A stretch of DNA of 64,000 nucleotides from Psilocybe cubensis (Eukaryota), in NCBI GenBank assembly GCA_017499595.2, contig CM039002.1, forward strand, positions 3,596,001 to 3,660,000, given 5' to 3'. Each line of letters begins with the position of its first letter. Within the stretch, counting starts at the first letter, position 1. Made by a program: the position numbers and the translations under genes. The notes below the pieces were generated by a model that was given only the letters and a program-made list of their open reading frames with translations, was not told the origin of the DNA and searched no databases. Below are positions 13,641 to 26,721 of the stretch, in pieces.

Positions 13641-14389
13641 TCCGTTCTCGAGACCGACATCAACCACAACAAGAGAGAGCCGCCGGAGAGGTATCATGGC
13701 AGGCACTTGTAGTTGACATTGTGCACTTCAGCGCGCCTGCATTCGATTTCGGATGGGGTGATGCGACACATGTCCACTGCCAGTAAAGAGGTCAGTCAGT
13801 TCAATAGCCTGCATCCACACCCTGTTACTCACCGTTCGTTCTACTATCCTCCAGTTTCCTTCAACGCCGCCATTATAGGTGTCGGGTGCGTTTTACCGGG
13901 TGAGGGAAAGGCCACACAGCGAGCGGAGGCGGTTTGAAAGCGGTCTGGGAGGGACAGGTTGCGATGGCGAGCAACAATAAGTCGACGATCGAGGGTGCAC
14001 GCTGGCTAGGTGCGTCAGTGCTGTCAATATGGGTCGTGGTGATTTGGCTTACCTTTATTTGCTTGTTGGCAGTCGCGCCAGCTTCCTTTCGTTCTGTACA
14101 TTCACCATTAAAACGAATCCGACACATGCGATGGCACTCAGCGTCGTGTCGCATTCAGCGGGCACGTTGCCGACGAGAGGCTGCGTCGTCAGCATTGGCC
14201 ACCTCTCAGGTTGAGCTGCGTAGCAATGAGCGGGAGGTGAGCACCGGCGCGTCGTTCATGGAATACAACTCACCATGGGGCATCCTTGAAGATGTTCTGT
14301 CCAGTACACCGTCAGCGCCGTCGCCAGAAGCAAATACAGCGGCACGGCTTACTTTCTCAAGTATGTAGTCGCCTAATCCATTTAGACTG

Positions 14390-17330
14390 TTTCCAGGTAT
14401 ATAGCGTCTCTATCAGGCAGCGACATCGGGCGCAGGCGACGCGCAATCACCCGGAATGCATCCCTCGAAAAGAGTTTATCTGCCTACTTTGTAAAACCCT
14501 GGGCAATGTCATCCTTCCGGTAACGCAGCCTGACACTCGAACTCAACTCAATCCAGTCCCGTTTCCGTATTGGATTAAGAGCGGCGGGTATCCATATTCT
14601 GAAGAGCAAACTCGATCCTGCTGATGGAGGAAAGATGCTCGACACCCTAATGGTGATATCCAAATCCATTTCGCTGTACTTCTAGTCAACAATTTTATAT
14701 TTTGCTTTGTTTTGTGTAAATGGGCGCTTCACATTTGAAACTGAATGCAGCTTTGATCTAAGAATGTCATATCATCAACAACAATGCCCTATGGGACTGC
14801 GACGAATGAGTTCCGACAGAAAATTGCTACAAGTAGAGATAATAAAATTACAATTTGCAGAGGCGGTGGATAAAACCATATCAAAGAAATCAGATTCTTC
14901 TGGAGTCTGTTCACCCTCCGTCCAGCAGATTACAAGAAGAGAAGGAATAAAGTGGCGTTTGGGAGGTAAAGCTTTAATAATCTCTCGCATTCGGGCATAA
15001 TCGTCCAGGACACGATACTTCCTGTATGTAATGCGCCTTTATTAGACTACAAACAGGGAAATGCGAACTCTGTTGACGTACCTCTCCAAATTGTCTGTGA
15101 CATCGCCCAAAGGCGTGCACTCAAATACAATGACACCAGGGTATCCATTCGCTGATCCATTAGCCGAAGAGATAGGTATTGAAAGCACGTTCTCGTTCTG
15201 CCAAGTTCCTGAATCCGGCACGTCGAACTTGCGTTCCAACCAGATCGCGGCAGCATCGCTTTCTGGGTTCATGGCCAGCCAAATGTGCCACGGCATTTGG
15301 AGTGTTGACGCGTTTAGAACCTTGATGTGATTCCGGATGACTTGAAGGAACGCCTCCTGTGCCCAACGAAGTTCATGTTCTCGATATATTCTGTATAGGC
15401 GGTGGCATGGTTTGAGAGCAAAAAGAAAATTTGAGTCAGGACCATGTATAAAAACAGCATTGATGGAATAACGCGGGAAAGAAACAAGTCTGCACCTCTT
15501 TGAAACGATTTGCTAGGTCTTTATCCGTCCTTGGCAGGCGATACTCGCTCGACAGGCGTTTGCGCGCCCTCTTCTTCATTGGAGATGGACCGTCACTCAT
15601 AGACGCTATTGCCCGACCTCCGTTCGTCGATATCCGTCTCTTCTTATCAACAACATCCATATTTTTTCTCGTTTGCAAAGCAAGTCGCTGCCAGGCGTAT
15701 ATTGAAAGGTCCGGTGCCTTACCCTTTCCGTTCGTCTTCGGTGGGGATGGCGGTATGAATATTCTTGGCGCTTGGGATGTTGACAGAGGCGTGAAGTTTT
15801 TGATGGAGAAGGAACCCATCGGCGAGGCAGTAGGTGAGCCGACAACCAACGGACTCAGAAGTTCCTGGCTGCCCGAAGGTGATAGCGAACTGGATGATCG
15901 TTCCAAGGAATTGCGGAGGTGATCCAACAACGGATTTGGAGGTAGAAGAGCCATCGTAGGAGTCGAGGGAAGGGAGATAGGTTAAACGGGGTGCGAAAGG
16001 ATATATTCAGGGATGTCTTCATGGCGTTCCTTCTGATCACGGATATGGATAAGTCGGTGGTACACGCGCATTTCGAGTTCCGTTGGGGAATCATATCTGT
16101 CGCGTTGATCTTGGTAAAATTCTTTCAAACATTGAAGAGCTTCACATTTGCTGTTAGTAACAAGACTATGGAACGGGTGCAATACATGCACTGTTCATGA
16201 GCTGCTGTTCTTCCAAGGGAAGAGAGAACCCAGGTCTATCGCGTTCGAAATGAAGGGCAAGGATGTGGAAACGAGCACAGCAATCGTGACATTCAATTGC
16301 AAGGGGGCCTGTGATGTGCTCCATGGTAAAATTATTGCGGACAGCTCGGCTACCATCTCGGATGAAGTTGAATGTAGCAGAGAAACCACCACGGGGGAGA
16401 AGGTTGTGAAAGAGGTAGTCAAGTGTGCACTGAGGGTACAATGTTAAAGATTGCGCTGTAGAGGTGTGGGTATCTGACTGACCTTGAGAAAGTGTGGAGG
16501 GCGTAGATAGGAGGTTGTCGCCAGCTGCACGCTCGTACATCTTGACTGCATCGTTGTGGTTGACCCTTTTGGTGCCAGGGATCTGGAAAGTGATCAGAGT
16601 AGTTTTCTCATGAGGATACGAGGTTGAAGGCACTCACTGTTTCCCGTTCAAACAGATTGTTTTCACGTTCGCGTCGATACCTTTCAAATCTAGGGCACGT
16701 ATGCATACATGTCCCAACAATAGATATCGCATCCTCCAGTCGTTTGGGGACCAGTAGGTTGTCCATTTTTCCCTCAGCGATAGCTTTTTTCCTTTCAATT
16801 TCTCTGGCTTTGACCAACTGTAAATGCGTCGCACAGGGATAATATGAGTGTAGAATAGGCGAACCTCATGATAGAACTTCTCTTGTTCTTCGGCCGTTTC
16901 GAGCTCAGGTTCATGAATCTCGGGAATGTCGACCAGTTTCCGTCCCTTTTGCTCCTGGTTCTTGCACCTGCTCCACCTCGTCTTCGTAAATTTCATCTTC
17001 TTCAGCTTCTTCTTCCTCCTCATAGTGTTCCTCCTCCTCTTCCTCGGTTTGAAGGTACGATTCGTCTGGTCGAATATGTTCGACATCTGCAGCCGCATGG
17101 TGTTGCTGGGTAGTTAGTTGCAAGGGTTGACGCGAAGTGTAACGTTTGGAAACTTCCTTGGGGCGCCTCGAGCGATGACCTCCTCGTTCCCAACGTTCGC
17201 TGTCCGAGTTGGGCGTATGGCTTCGTGAGGTGCCATCTGCTGTTCAGGTATGGAGGTGGTCATGTGCATGAACCACGGGCCCAGTTCCCCGACCCGCTCC
17301 GTCACCCTAGCATTTTCCGATTCTTCCAGT
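14390..17330 (-). pseudogene. SAC3: SAC3/GANP (TREX-2 mRNA export factor) pseudogene, degenerate and internally deleted
   Basis: Motifs IVGTCMHTCPRFERYRRERENNLF, AVKMYERAAGD, TLDYLFHNLL...FIRDGSRAVRNNF, LKEFYQD...ELEMRVYHRLIHIRD. There is an abrupt jump near 15980 to C-terminal exons (IWLERKFDVP, HFIPSLLVICW). Introns are retained. Confidence 0.8.
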
Positions 17331-20031
17331 ATGTTGCCTTCTCCAGTACATTGCCCTCTCCAGTACATTGCCTTCTCAACCAGGCGTACCTGCTCTTGCC
17401 ACCAAACTCCAATTCTTCATTCCCCTCACCTTCTCTCCTCTCTTATCCTGGGTCCTCTCACAGCGATACCGACAATGGACGGCCTGACAAGGTGAGCCTG
17501 CCCCGTCCCTCACTGTGCACCTCGATTCCTAACGCTGCTGGCAGTCCTGTACAGCGCCCTTCAACACAACGGCGTGTCCCTCGCATAGCAACCCGTCGAC
17601 ACGTACTGATATCCCCACAGCGGCCGACAACATCCTCACCCAGTTCAACAAGCATTCCCCGTGAGTCTGCTGTCAAGCACATTGTCGCACATTGACTGAC
17701 TCCTGACACTGCTGGCAGTCCTGTACAACGCTCCTTGAGTCGACGGTGAGGGTCTCGCACACCAGAGCAATGTCGCCTACTGACACCACGCTGCTGAAGC
17801 CGTCGCTGACAAGACCTTGAACTGTGCAGCCCGCTGACGATGTCGGAGCCGCAGGCCCGCTGCTAACGGGGCGCAGGTCGGCGGTGAGTTACTGTTTCTG
17901 ATATAAGCGAGGTATTAAGCAACTTATCTGTTCTATTTCAATGCACTGAGCTTGTGTCTGGCTCTGGCAATTAGATCAACGAAAGGCGGTACTTCGAGGG
18001 ATTGAACTTGCGCTGAGTGCACTTTGTAGCTTGGCACGGCGGACACAAATATCGAGAGAGCTTCGAGGACATTCAAGAGGATGAGTAGGCAGTGAGTTCT
18101 GCTTCGACTTTTATTCACACTTCGGCTTTGATTTTGACTTGCCTTTCGTTTTCTTTACAGAATGTACAAGCAGCGTGTCCTGGTCAGCGCGATCGCCATA
18201 TTCTTCGTTGTGCTCGCGTTGGTCATCTTGTATTTCAAGATTTTCAGGCATTGAGCTTTAGGCCGAGTGCACGCTGAGTTTCGAGGCATGAGGGTCGAAT
18301 TTCGGCCACCATGAGACGCAGGTGTAACCACCCCCGTCGCTTTTGCCGTCCAACACGACAACCACGCCCATCACAACACACGGCACTGCGTCTCATGGTG
18401 CTGCTCCACGCCGTCCCCGTCACTACTTCCCACAACGACGCGCAGTCGTGGTCTTCTCGCCACCCCTGCCGTTCTTTGTGACATGCACCGTGTGTGTCGT
18501 GTGGTGGCATCCATGTTGTCCCTATTACTCTGACTACACTCCATGACGCGCACGGGCAACACTCCCCACACCCTCGCCATCACCCACCCTTGTTTGTGGG
18601 ACGACGCGTTGATAGGATTTACTTAGATAAACGTTGATCGTCTGTGCAGCTACTCGATGTATTAGATTGCTAACTGTTAGCATGATATATGATATACACA
18701 GACTTAGTTTTATATACTGAATCGCTATCTACTATTTAGTGAGACAAACTACGAGTGCGTTTCACTTAAAAGAAATAATCAGGGAGACCGGTTAATTACA
18801 TGACCGGCCGATAGGGGCCGAATGTCTTGGCCCACGCGAGCAGAATGTAACATATGATCATCGTTCCGGCGCCTAATAGGTGATAAGTAATGTATTAATA
18901 TACACATTAACACAGATAGAACACTAATCCATTGGAAAAATGTCGATATCGAGCTCATCGCGGCCCACGATGAACAAAACGGGCGTGGAAAACGCCCGCC
19001 ACTCAAAACCTGGTGACGCGCGCCAAACGCGTCCATCTTCCAAACCAAATCAAACCTTCAATCTTCCACCCATTCCAGTGCTATACCCAACCTCCAATCC
19101 AAACACATATTTAACCTACAAGCTAAAGAGAAATGGGTGAACCAAGTAAGTAAGCATTCTCTTTTTTTGCACTCACAGTTTGATATGCTTCAAGATACTA
19201 AAACCAACGATGACAACATGGACGTCGTTTGCGACGGCGACACAGTCGCAGACCAAAGAAGCGGGGATGCTACTTCCAGTACGGCGGCTCGTGTGGATGG
19301 GTTGAGGGGAGATAGCGCGCAAAATCGAGAGGCGGACGACCACGATGTCGTGATGCACAATGGGGAGGATTGCGATATCGAGATGGAAGGCAACGAACGG
19401 GACGATGCCGACGCCGAGATGCGAAACGGAGAACGGAACGATATCGATGTTCAAATGAACTAGCGAAGACAGCAACGGTGGGATGTAGTGGGTGATTTTG
19501 GACCGCGAGGGTGGATGACCAGGACAGGGAACCGTATGATTTGATTCTATCATTTGTATTGAATGAATCTTGGCAATAATCGAATCTGCACCATTTTACT
19601 AATATTGGAAGCAGAATGAAATGAAAGGGATTTATTATTCTATAATCCTCGGGCTACAGCGATTACTATGCTGCAAGTACCTTTGGACACTACCACATCT
19701 TCTTCATCAACATCTGCATCATACCCTTCAGGTGCAGGACTCATCTTATACCTCATCCTGCGCTGTGCACCCTCATATGTCCTAAATGCCTCCGCGGTCA
19801 GTGTCCTGTGCACTCCCGCACAATGCGCACACCTGGTGCACCATCGTATATCATATACCCTCCGAAGTTGGTGTCCTGTATACTCCCGCGGTACTTTTGC
19901 GTTTCGGGTTGTGCAATCCCGCGCAATGCACATCTGGGGCCGGCGATACGCATCAGGACGCGGCGGTGGGTATCAGAGCGGCAATGCGCATCAGAGCGTG
20001 GTGATGCGCATCAGTCAGTTTCTGGGGCCTA

Positions 20032-21930
20032 CCAGTCGCTCGTTGCCCATGCCCCGTTTGGCGCGCCGCCTGTGATCTGTCCGATCCTCAACGAGGTTGC
20101 ATTCAGTCCACTCTGCGCCAGGATCTAATTGATACAACGCAGGAAGATCAGAATCCATCCAAAATAAAACGATCGAAAAAAACTCACCCTCTCGGCGACA
20201 TATTTACTCTCCCCATACCCATTCCCTACTGCATACCGCGAATCCAGAACAATCTCTTCTGGATACGCGCCTAGACTCTGATCCCAGGATGCCGCACTCG
20301 AGATCGACGATGTGAATACGAATCTGAGTGAAGCAGTATGCGCACTTGACCGCGCCAAAGCAACAAGGTTGCGCGTCGCTCGGACGTTCGGTTCAAACGA
20401 GGACAGAGACTGGTTGAAGTCGAGCTTCCACGCGTTGTGGATTATCGTCGTTACCGAGCTGCGTAGCTACAAAAATTGGAAAAGAAACAGACGAAAAAAC
20501 AATTAACCGCCATTCTTTTCGAAACCAGGAAAAAAAAAACTTTACCTCGTCATACACCTCCTGAGCGGCCCCTAAATTTCTCTGAGCCGCATCACATTCC
20601 AACGGCACAAGCTTGGACGAGCTCAACAGCGTCACATCCAGCAACTTATCCTCAAACCTTTCCGCCTGTCTCTGGCTCAGCGACACAGACGCAGGCCGAT
20701 CAAGGGCATACACCTTCTGCACCCTCCCATCTCGCAACAGCGACTCCAAAATCTGTGCGCCGAGGTTCCCCGTGCTCCCCGTCAGCAGAACGACCATGTT
20801 CCCTTTATCGACGGGGGCAGACCCCAAACTCGATCCAGCCTTGTGTGTAGCAGTCTCCCCCAACCCAACAGTATACTTCCCGACCATCGCGTCCACAGCG
20901 TCAGCCCGACTCGCTACGGCCACGAATCGTTCTGGGTCTTGTACCACACCCGCCACAAACGCCGCGAGCTTCTCGATGCTTGGGTGTGCATAGATCGTTG
21001 TCTGCGTAATAAGCTGTGCAGCTTTGAGAGTCTTCGCCTCGGAATCATTATCAAAATGGGAGCCAGAGCTTGACGCCACGAACATGGCGCCGACAATGCG
21101 ACGACGCAGGATAGTCGCACTCAGACTATTCAGGTGGATTAATCGTCAATACACGCCAAAGAAAGTATATGGGAGATGAAACACCGTACCTGTCCATACC
21201 CTGCGCAAAGAAGTCTTCAGACACCGAAAACGGTGTATCCTCTGAATCCGAAGACTGTATGTCCTCGATTTGCTCCTTCAGCCACTCAATCACACCGTCC
21301 ACATCCCAAGACATGGGTAGCACGGCGCTATCGCTCTCCGCTGCATCATCTACCTCCGCATATCTAAAGAATATAAACAGAACTTGAGCGCCAATGCCTC
21401 GTATTGGGCGACTAGACTCACATATCATCAATTTCCTGCGCATACACCTCCAGCGCGGCCTTGCGCATCACCATGCCCTTACCCGCGCGTGGAAGTGGCT
21501 TGTTTGGCGATGCGATCAAAATCATCTCTTTGAAGATTCGACTGAACGCTGGCGCGACCTTGTTCGCTTCTTCCACTATAGGCCTGTACCCAGCAATGTC
21601 AGTAATCAAAATATGTTAATTTGGATGTTTATAGCATGACGCACCAGAGCGCATTGCGCGCAGCGACAAGATCATCCTCATTTGTCGGATCAATAGCATA
21701 TGCTGGCTTCAGCTCGATGAGCACACCGGCCTGGTTCCGTTCGCGACCAAACATAATGGTTCACATAATCCTACGCGCGAAAAAAAAGTGGCATCAGCAA
21801 TTTTGGTAAAATTACGGGACACGAAAAGGACGCACAAAGGACTGCTCATCAAAATATCTTCCATCGGCGCTGGCACCGTCTTCTCGCCAGAGGTATGCAC
21901 AATGACGTCGTCTTTGCGCCCAACACTATT
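20032..21930 (-). pseudogene. NRPS-like adenylate-forming reductase (A-T-R) internal fragment
   Basis: End of A domain (GRKDDVIVHTSGEKTVP, PLPRAGKG), T domain (FFAQGMD|SL), R domain (VLLTGSTGNLG, HNAW, YGESKYVAE, RIGQI..GAWATSDW). Truncated at both ends, introns retained. Confidence 0.85.
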
Positions 21931-21989
21931 TTTCAATCAAGTAAGGCATAAGGCAACGACTGTCAGTAACACAATCCAAATTACCAGTG

Positions 21990-22417
21990 TGTGTGCCTTG
22001 CACAGCACTGGTTTGACGTGAATAAATGATCGACGAGTTCTGAACCGGCTGGTCATGGGCCCTGCGTTGTGGTACTCGTGGGTCCTATTTGGGGTTCAGC
22101 GTGTTCAGCAATGCTGTTGCAGCTCTGCAGCAGCTTGCAGCAACTTACTGGGCGAGTACACCCTTCATTCTTTGCGGCAGCACATAGGGCGCATCTGTAT
22201 TGGCTAGAGTAAATGTGTTCGGGGGGCCAGGCTAAGCACGATAGTGTCAACACATCACCCACGGTGCAGATATTGTGCACTGTCCGGAGGCACTCCGCTC
22301 GAACTCCATTACTGAGGGCTCGCCTTTGCGGGTTGGTTCCAATATGGTACCAGATTGGTAGCTCTTGGAGGGCGGCAGAGGTTGTGTAGGGCATGTCAAT
22401 TTTGACGTTACGGAACC
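21990..22417 (-). mobile_element. Fragment of a non-LTR retrotransposon ORF2, post-RT Cys/His-rich region
   Basis: LPIWYHIG...AECLRTVHNICTVGD...H...C..C......GC..P..C pattern, resembling basidiomycete LINE ORF2 C-terminal regions. Confidence 0.55.
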
Positions 22418-23290
22418 TCATCTTCCCAATGAGTAATCACCACCACGGCTCGTTCCTGACTGACACCTTCGTTCGGCATCCATACCACTCCACAAAGCAT
22501 CCAGGAGAATGACCGGTGGTCGACACACCAACGCCCGCATCAGAAGAACAAGACGCTGCTCGCCAGCGGATAGCGAACTGAATGGATGAGAAGCCAATTC
22601 GCGCGTGGCAGCTTTCAAATTGGTGCTATCGTTATTCCCTGTATCCTTTCTCCGTGAGGGGGGTCCGAGAGCTTTGTGCACTTCCCAACATCTCTCAATC
22701 CTCCATTTTCTTACTGCTTCAATGTGTGTTGTTTTTTCGTTAGCTTCTAGATCCAGTTCGAGTCCATCTTCGGCAACATCGACCCATCCAACGCTGCCAA
22801 TTTTTTGTGATTCTATGCGCGCGTTGCGTGTTCGAGGTACGAATCCGCCATCAAAACCAGTTGTGACGGCTCCCAAACGCTCATTCCTGGATGTCGCCGA
22901 GGAAACGCGTCAAACATCTCTGGAGATACAACTTCTAAGAGTCTCCGCAGATGTGCCGTGGGTGTGCATTTTCGTGGGCCAATTGCCGAAGAGCTAGGAG
23001 ACTACGCGCTGGAAGGAAGGATGCATGGAAGGACCTAGGAACGTTGTCCAGAACCTGCGAAAAAGGGATCGGGTGTTAGATTAAAATTTCAATTTCGATT
23101 ATAGTCGCTTTATGTACCGTTTGATCCTTGAAGATGCCATCGATCACCTTGTCTAATTTGCCAATTGATATCTTTGAGGACCTGATGCAAATTAGTAGAT
23201 GCGGGTAGTGTCGAAGTGAAGCAGATTACCTTGCTATCGCCATACGTAACATTGACGCCTTGCATAGGGTACATATAGACCTGGGCCCAC
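22418..23290 (-). pseudogene. ABC-type ATPase (ModF-like) C-terminal fragment
   Basis: VNVTYGD..VLKDINWQIRQGDRWHLQGSNG (Walker A region) and FSSLSAGEQRLVLLMRALVCRPPVILLD (signature/Walker B), with stops and frameshifts in between. Confidence 0.75.
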
Positions 23291-24450
23291 ACATGTGGGT
23301 GGCTTTATATCAACATGTCGTAAAGATATTGATGGTGGTCTCGCCAAAGATAGCGACTGGGTAACACGAAAGGAATGGGTAGAGTACACAACTTTAATCC
23401 TTTATGAAGACTCACCATACGGCAATCCATATTAAGCAGCTCCCAAAATACTGCACGTCGTTTTTCGTGTTCTTACGGTAACGTTTTCGTTTTAGGTGCT
23501 TCTTTGTCTGCAACGAGGTAGGATGTGATCAGTGGTCAACGAGTAAGAACACTGTGACATACGAAGTCCAAGCTGTGATATGTCGAATAGTGGGTTAGAA
23601 GATGTAGTCGAATGCATGGAATAAACATACTCCTTGAGCTAGTTTAGCAACGAATCCCATCAGATTCCAGGCGTAACCGACGGCCTTCTTGTTGTTTGAA
23701 AAAATTAAATGATACCAAATCATGAAGAACTAGAGTTTGTGATTGTGAATGCTTAGCAGTCTGGCCAACCAGTTTAGGAGGACTAACCAGTGCATGAAGT
23801 ACATCAAAACGGGTTCCTCCATAAAGGAAATTTCGCAAACTGAAGCACGGGCCAAATGATGATGCGCTTCACCATTCAATGAACCCAGAGGACTGTTGAG
23901 ATCCACCAATGAACCATTGGTGTCTCGTAGCAATATCGTAAAAGGTTGGGTAAGAAGGTCTTCGAAGAGTCGATCGTAAACCTAGAGCAGTGATCAAGCA
24001 AATATAACAAAAATGATCGATGAATGACATACTGCCAGAGTGCATTATTCCTCGCTTCTTCGCACAGTCGCAAGGTCTTCCTGGCCTGCAAATCCCAAGG
24101 GTTGGATCGCGTTGTGATGCGCGTCAGAGCGCCGCATCAATCAATCAAAAATAAAACATGGCGCGCCTCTCTGGCTGCAATGGTCAGAACGGCTGCAGCA
24201 CCTGCATCAGCCAGCCATCAAGGATCAGCCAGTCGAGCCTTGGACGTTGCCACACGCCTACTGTCCCAGGTTAAATTGTGAGCCAAGTTCCCTCAGCTTC
24301 GGTTCTGGGAAAGGAAAGCCTTATCCGTGCACAGAGGATTCCTACGGAAAGCCAAATCCGTCGTCTCCTCCACCGTAGCACCGATCATCATCGACAAGCA
24401 CGAGCTGCACTCAACATGGCCCGTGTACCAACAACCCGAGACACGGCACC
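23291..24450 (-). pseudogene. Fungal-specific transcription factor domain fragment (Zn2Cys6-type middle homology region)
   Basis: EHEKRRAVFWELLNMDCRM | SLSLARPPSISLRHVDIKPP across an intron. Upstream exons are degenerate and the 5' boundary is uncertain. Confidence 0.6.
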
Positions 24451-25278
24451 TAGTTGCGAGGACGTCTTTGGGCCTTCTCAACCATCTCATGTGGGATCGA
24501 AAAAGGTTGGCGCCATCGGAGATGGCAGGAATAAAACAGTCCTGACTTTGGAGACAAGGTGTTGCTTCGAACGCTCAATCTGAACTCGCCGGCCCCCATC
24601 GGACACAGCAGGCCCTCTCTGCTAGCTGTAAACGTTGAGAATGCTTCAAACTTTCCCGACTTCTCGTCCGCTTCTATTTCTTTTGCCCTTTTAAACCCAA
24701 CTGATCTCTCTTCCCTACTGGAAGGTGCTTCGACCCCGCTTTCTACAAAGCCTTTTTTTGAGACATTTGAGGAGATTGTGACGCCTGCCCGATGCCGCCA
24801 ACACCTATTGCAGCTCTCCTCCCACTCGCCGTGTCAACCATATAGGTCTCTGTGTTCATATATGCGTATTTCCAGCCTATTTTTCTGTCCTTGCTTCATC
24901 CATCCTCATCCCCTTCATGCCACGTCTTCGTAGCTTGTATTATCAAGTAGACATACCCCGCCGAATCAGAAATTTGTTCCGAAAAAATGAAGTAGTTGAC
25001 CAACACCTAAACCCGATCAAGAACGGGACGGCGCGAGTCATTTCCGTGACGTTGTGAGCTGGTGGCGGTTGAGTGTCTGTGGAAAGCGCAGGCACCTTGG
25101 TGGTGGATCCACGAACAGACGGTTAAACGGAGTGAATGGGCCTTGAGGCACGAAACGGTGGGGAAGAGGGGTTGGAAAACGAGATGGGCAGTAAAGCGAG
25201 GTTGAGGTGTTGGAGGTTGAGGGTTGGGTGCAGAGCGACGAGGGGCGGCGGCGACGCGCGCTGCTGATCTGCTGGAGG

Positions 25279-25368
25279 TTGCGAACGACTCGATTTCGGA
25301 ACACTCCGAAAATGTTTGGCGTGGCCTGGTTATTATAATGCTCGCATAGTCAACTTCACGCGCCTTCT
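25279..25368 (+). repeat. Dispersed hairpin repeat, copy 1 (left part missing)
   Basis: TTGCGAACGACTCGATTTCGGAACACTCCGAAAATGTTTGGCGTGGCCTGGTTATTATAATGCTCGCATAGTCAAC. Confidence 0.9.
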
Positions 25369-26271
25369 TTTCCCTCCTCCAGTGAATCTACAAGGAACAT
25401 ATTTGACACTCTTTAAGAATTATTTTCGCCACTGAGCCCAGATATGTTGAAGTACTACAGTGTGTTGATACACTGTGTAACAAAATAACCTACCTGCCAG
25501 CATTTTGATACTGCGATGTTTTTAGATGATTGGATTTCGGGAAGACATTCATTTCACATACGCAGTACGCAGCAGATAATAAACTGATTGATTACGTCTC
25601 GCGAGGCATGTATAAATTCATTGTCCATTTTCGCCTCCCCTCCAACCCACCTCGAAACCTACAAGGATCACCCAATTAATCATGTAGCTGACCAGACTCT
25701 GTATATGGTGACGAGCGTCGTCATGCTTTCTAGCTCACTGCTTGGTTTTCCATCGATCGAGTTATTCGACATTGCTTCCATTCGCTTCATCCATATAGCT
25801 AGAGTTACCACTATTGGCCGAGTACGTAGAATCATCACTATCGGCTGAGTCGCTGTCATTGTCTGTGGCGTGATCTTTTGCTATGTGTCGACTTCCTGCT
25901 TGGAGACTTTCTTCCTGAGGTGGCGACGCATGTTGGGGTTCAAACACTGAGAAAATCTGTCGGAATACTCTAGTTGGACCACTCAGAATAGCACCGCGGG
26001 TGCGACAAATGCTGCATTTGTGATCCTTGTCCCAAAAGAAGTCGTTCTTGTCCTTTATTATTCCAAGGCACGTCGAGCAGAACAAGTGACCACATGCTAA
26101 CCTTGAAAGCAAATCAAAGTGAGTCGACATGGTAAATGGTTGGTGGTTCAAAATCATCGCTTACATTGCCGGGTCTTTCATATAGGATAAGCATATAACA
26201 CATTCGGTCACTTGTTTTAAAGAGTTTTGCAGCTCTTCAAGCTGTCGATGATAGCTTTGAGCCTTGAGAAC

Positions 26272-26721
26272 TGTCAGGGCAACACTATAATCAGTGTGAC
26301 AAGGCCACCAACAAAGATTAAGCAAGAGAGAGAGAGAGAGAGCAGAGGGAGAGTAAGAGAGCAAAGAGAGAATAAGAGAGTGAGAGAGATTCAATGGTTC
26401 TAAGAGATCACACCAATGATAGTGGATATCCTAAGAGATTGAAGCTGAAGCTACAGCTACCTACAAGTCCAGTATTTATACTCTACAGCTATTCTAGAAT
26501 ATTCCCTACATTACATCATAAAGGAAGGTTAAAGAATAAAAGTGACATCATATAGAAAAAGGATGAGTAAGACTAGGAATCATATAGAATTTACTAGAAA
26601 GAAGTGGAGCAAGAAGGCTGTGATGAAAGAAATAAACTATCTAATCAGATAATTGATAAGATAATGAAAGGATAAGATAATTCTGTGAAGATAAAGAGGG
26701 GAAACTGGAGAAACCCTGACA
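26272..26721 (-). repeat. 3' LTR
   Basis: 450 bp; no difference from 32217-32666 seen by eye. Confidence 0.97.

Noticed and set aside
19137-19463. Acidic ORF with a D.D.EM.NGE periodicity
   Set aside because: Short, low complexity and without a supported gene model.
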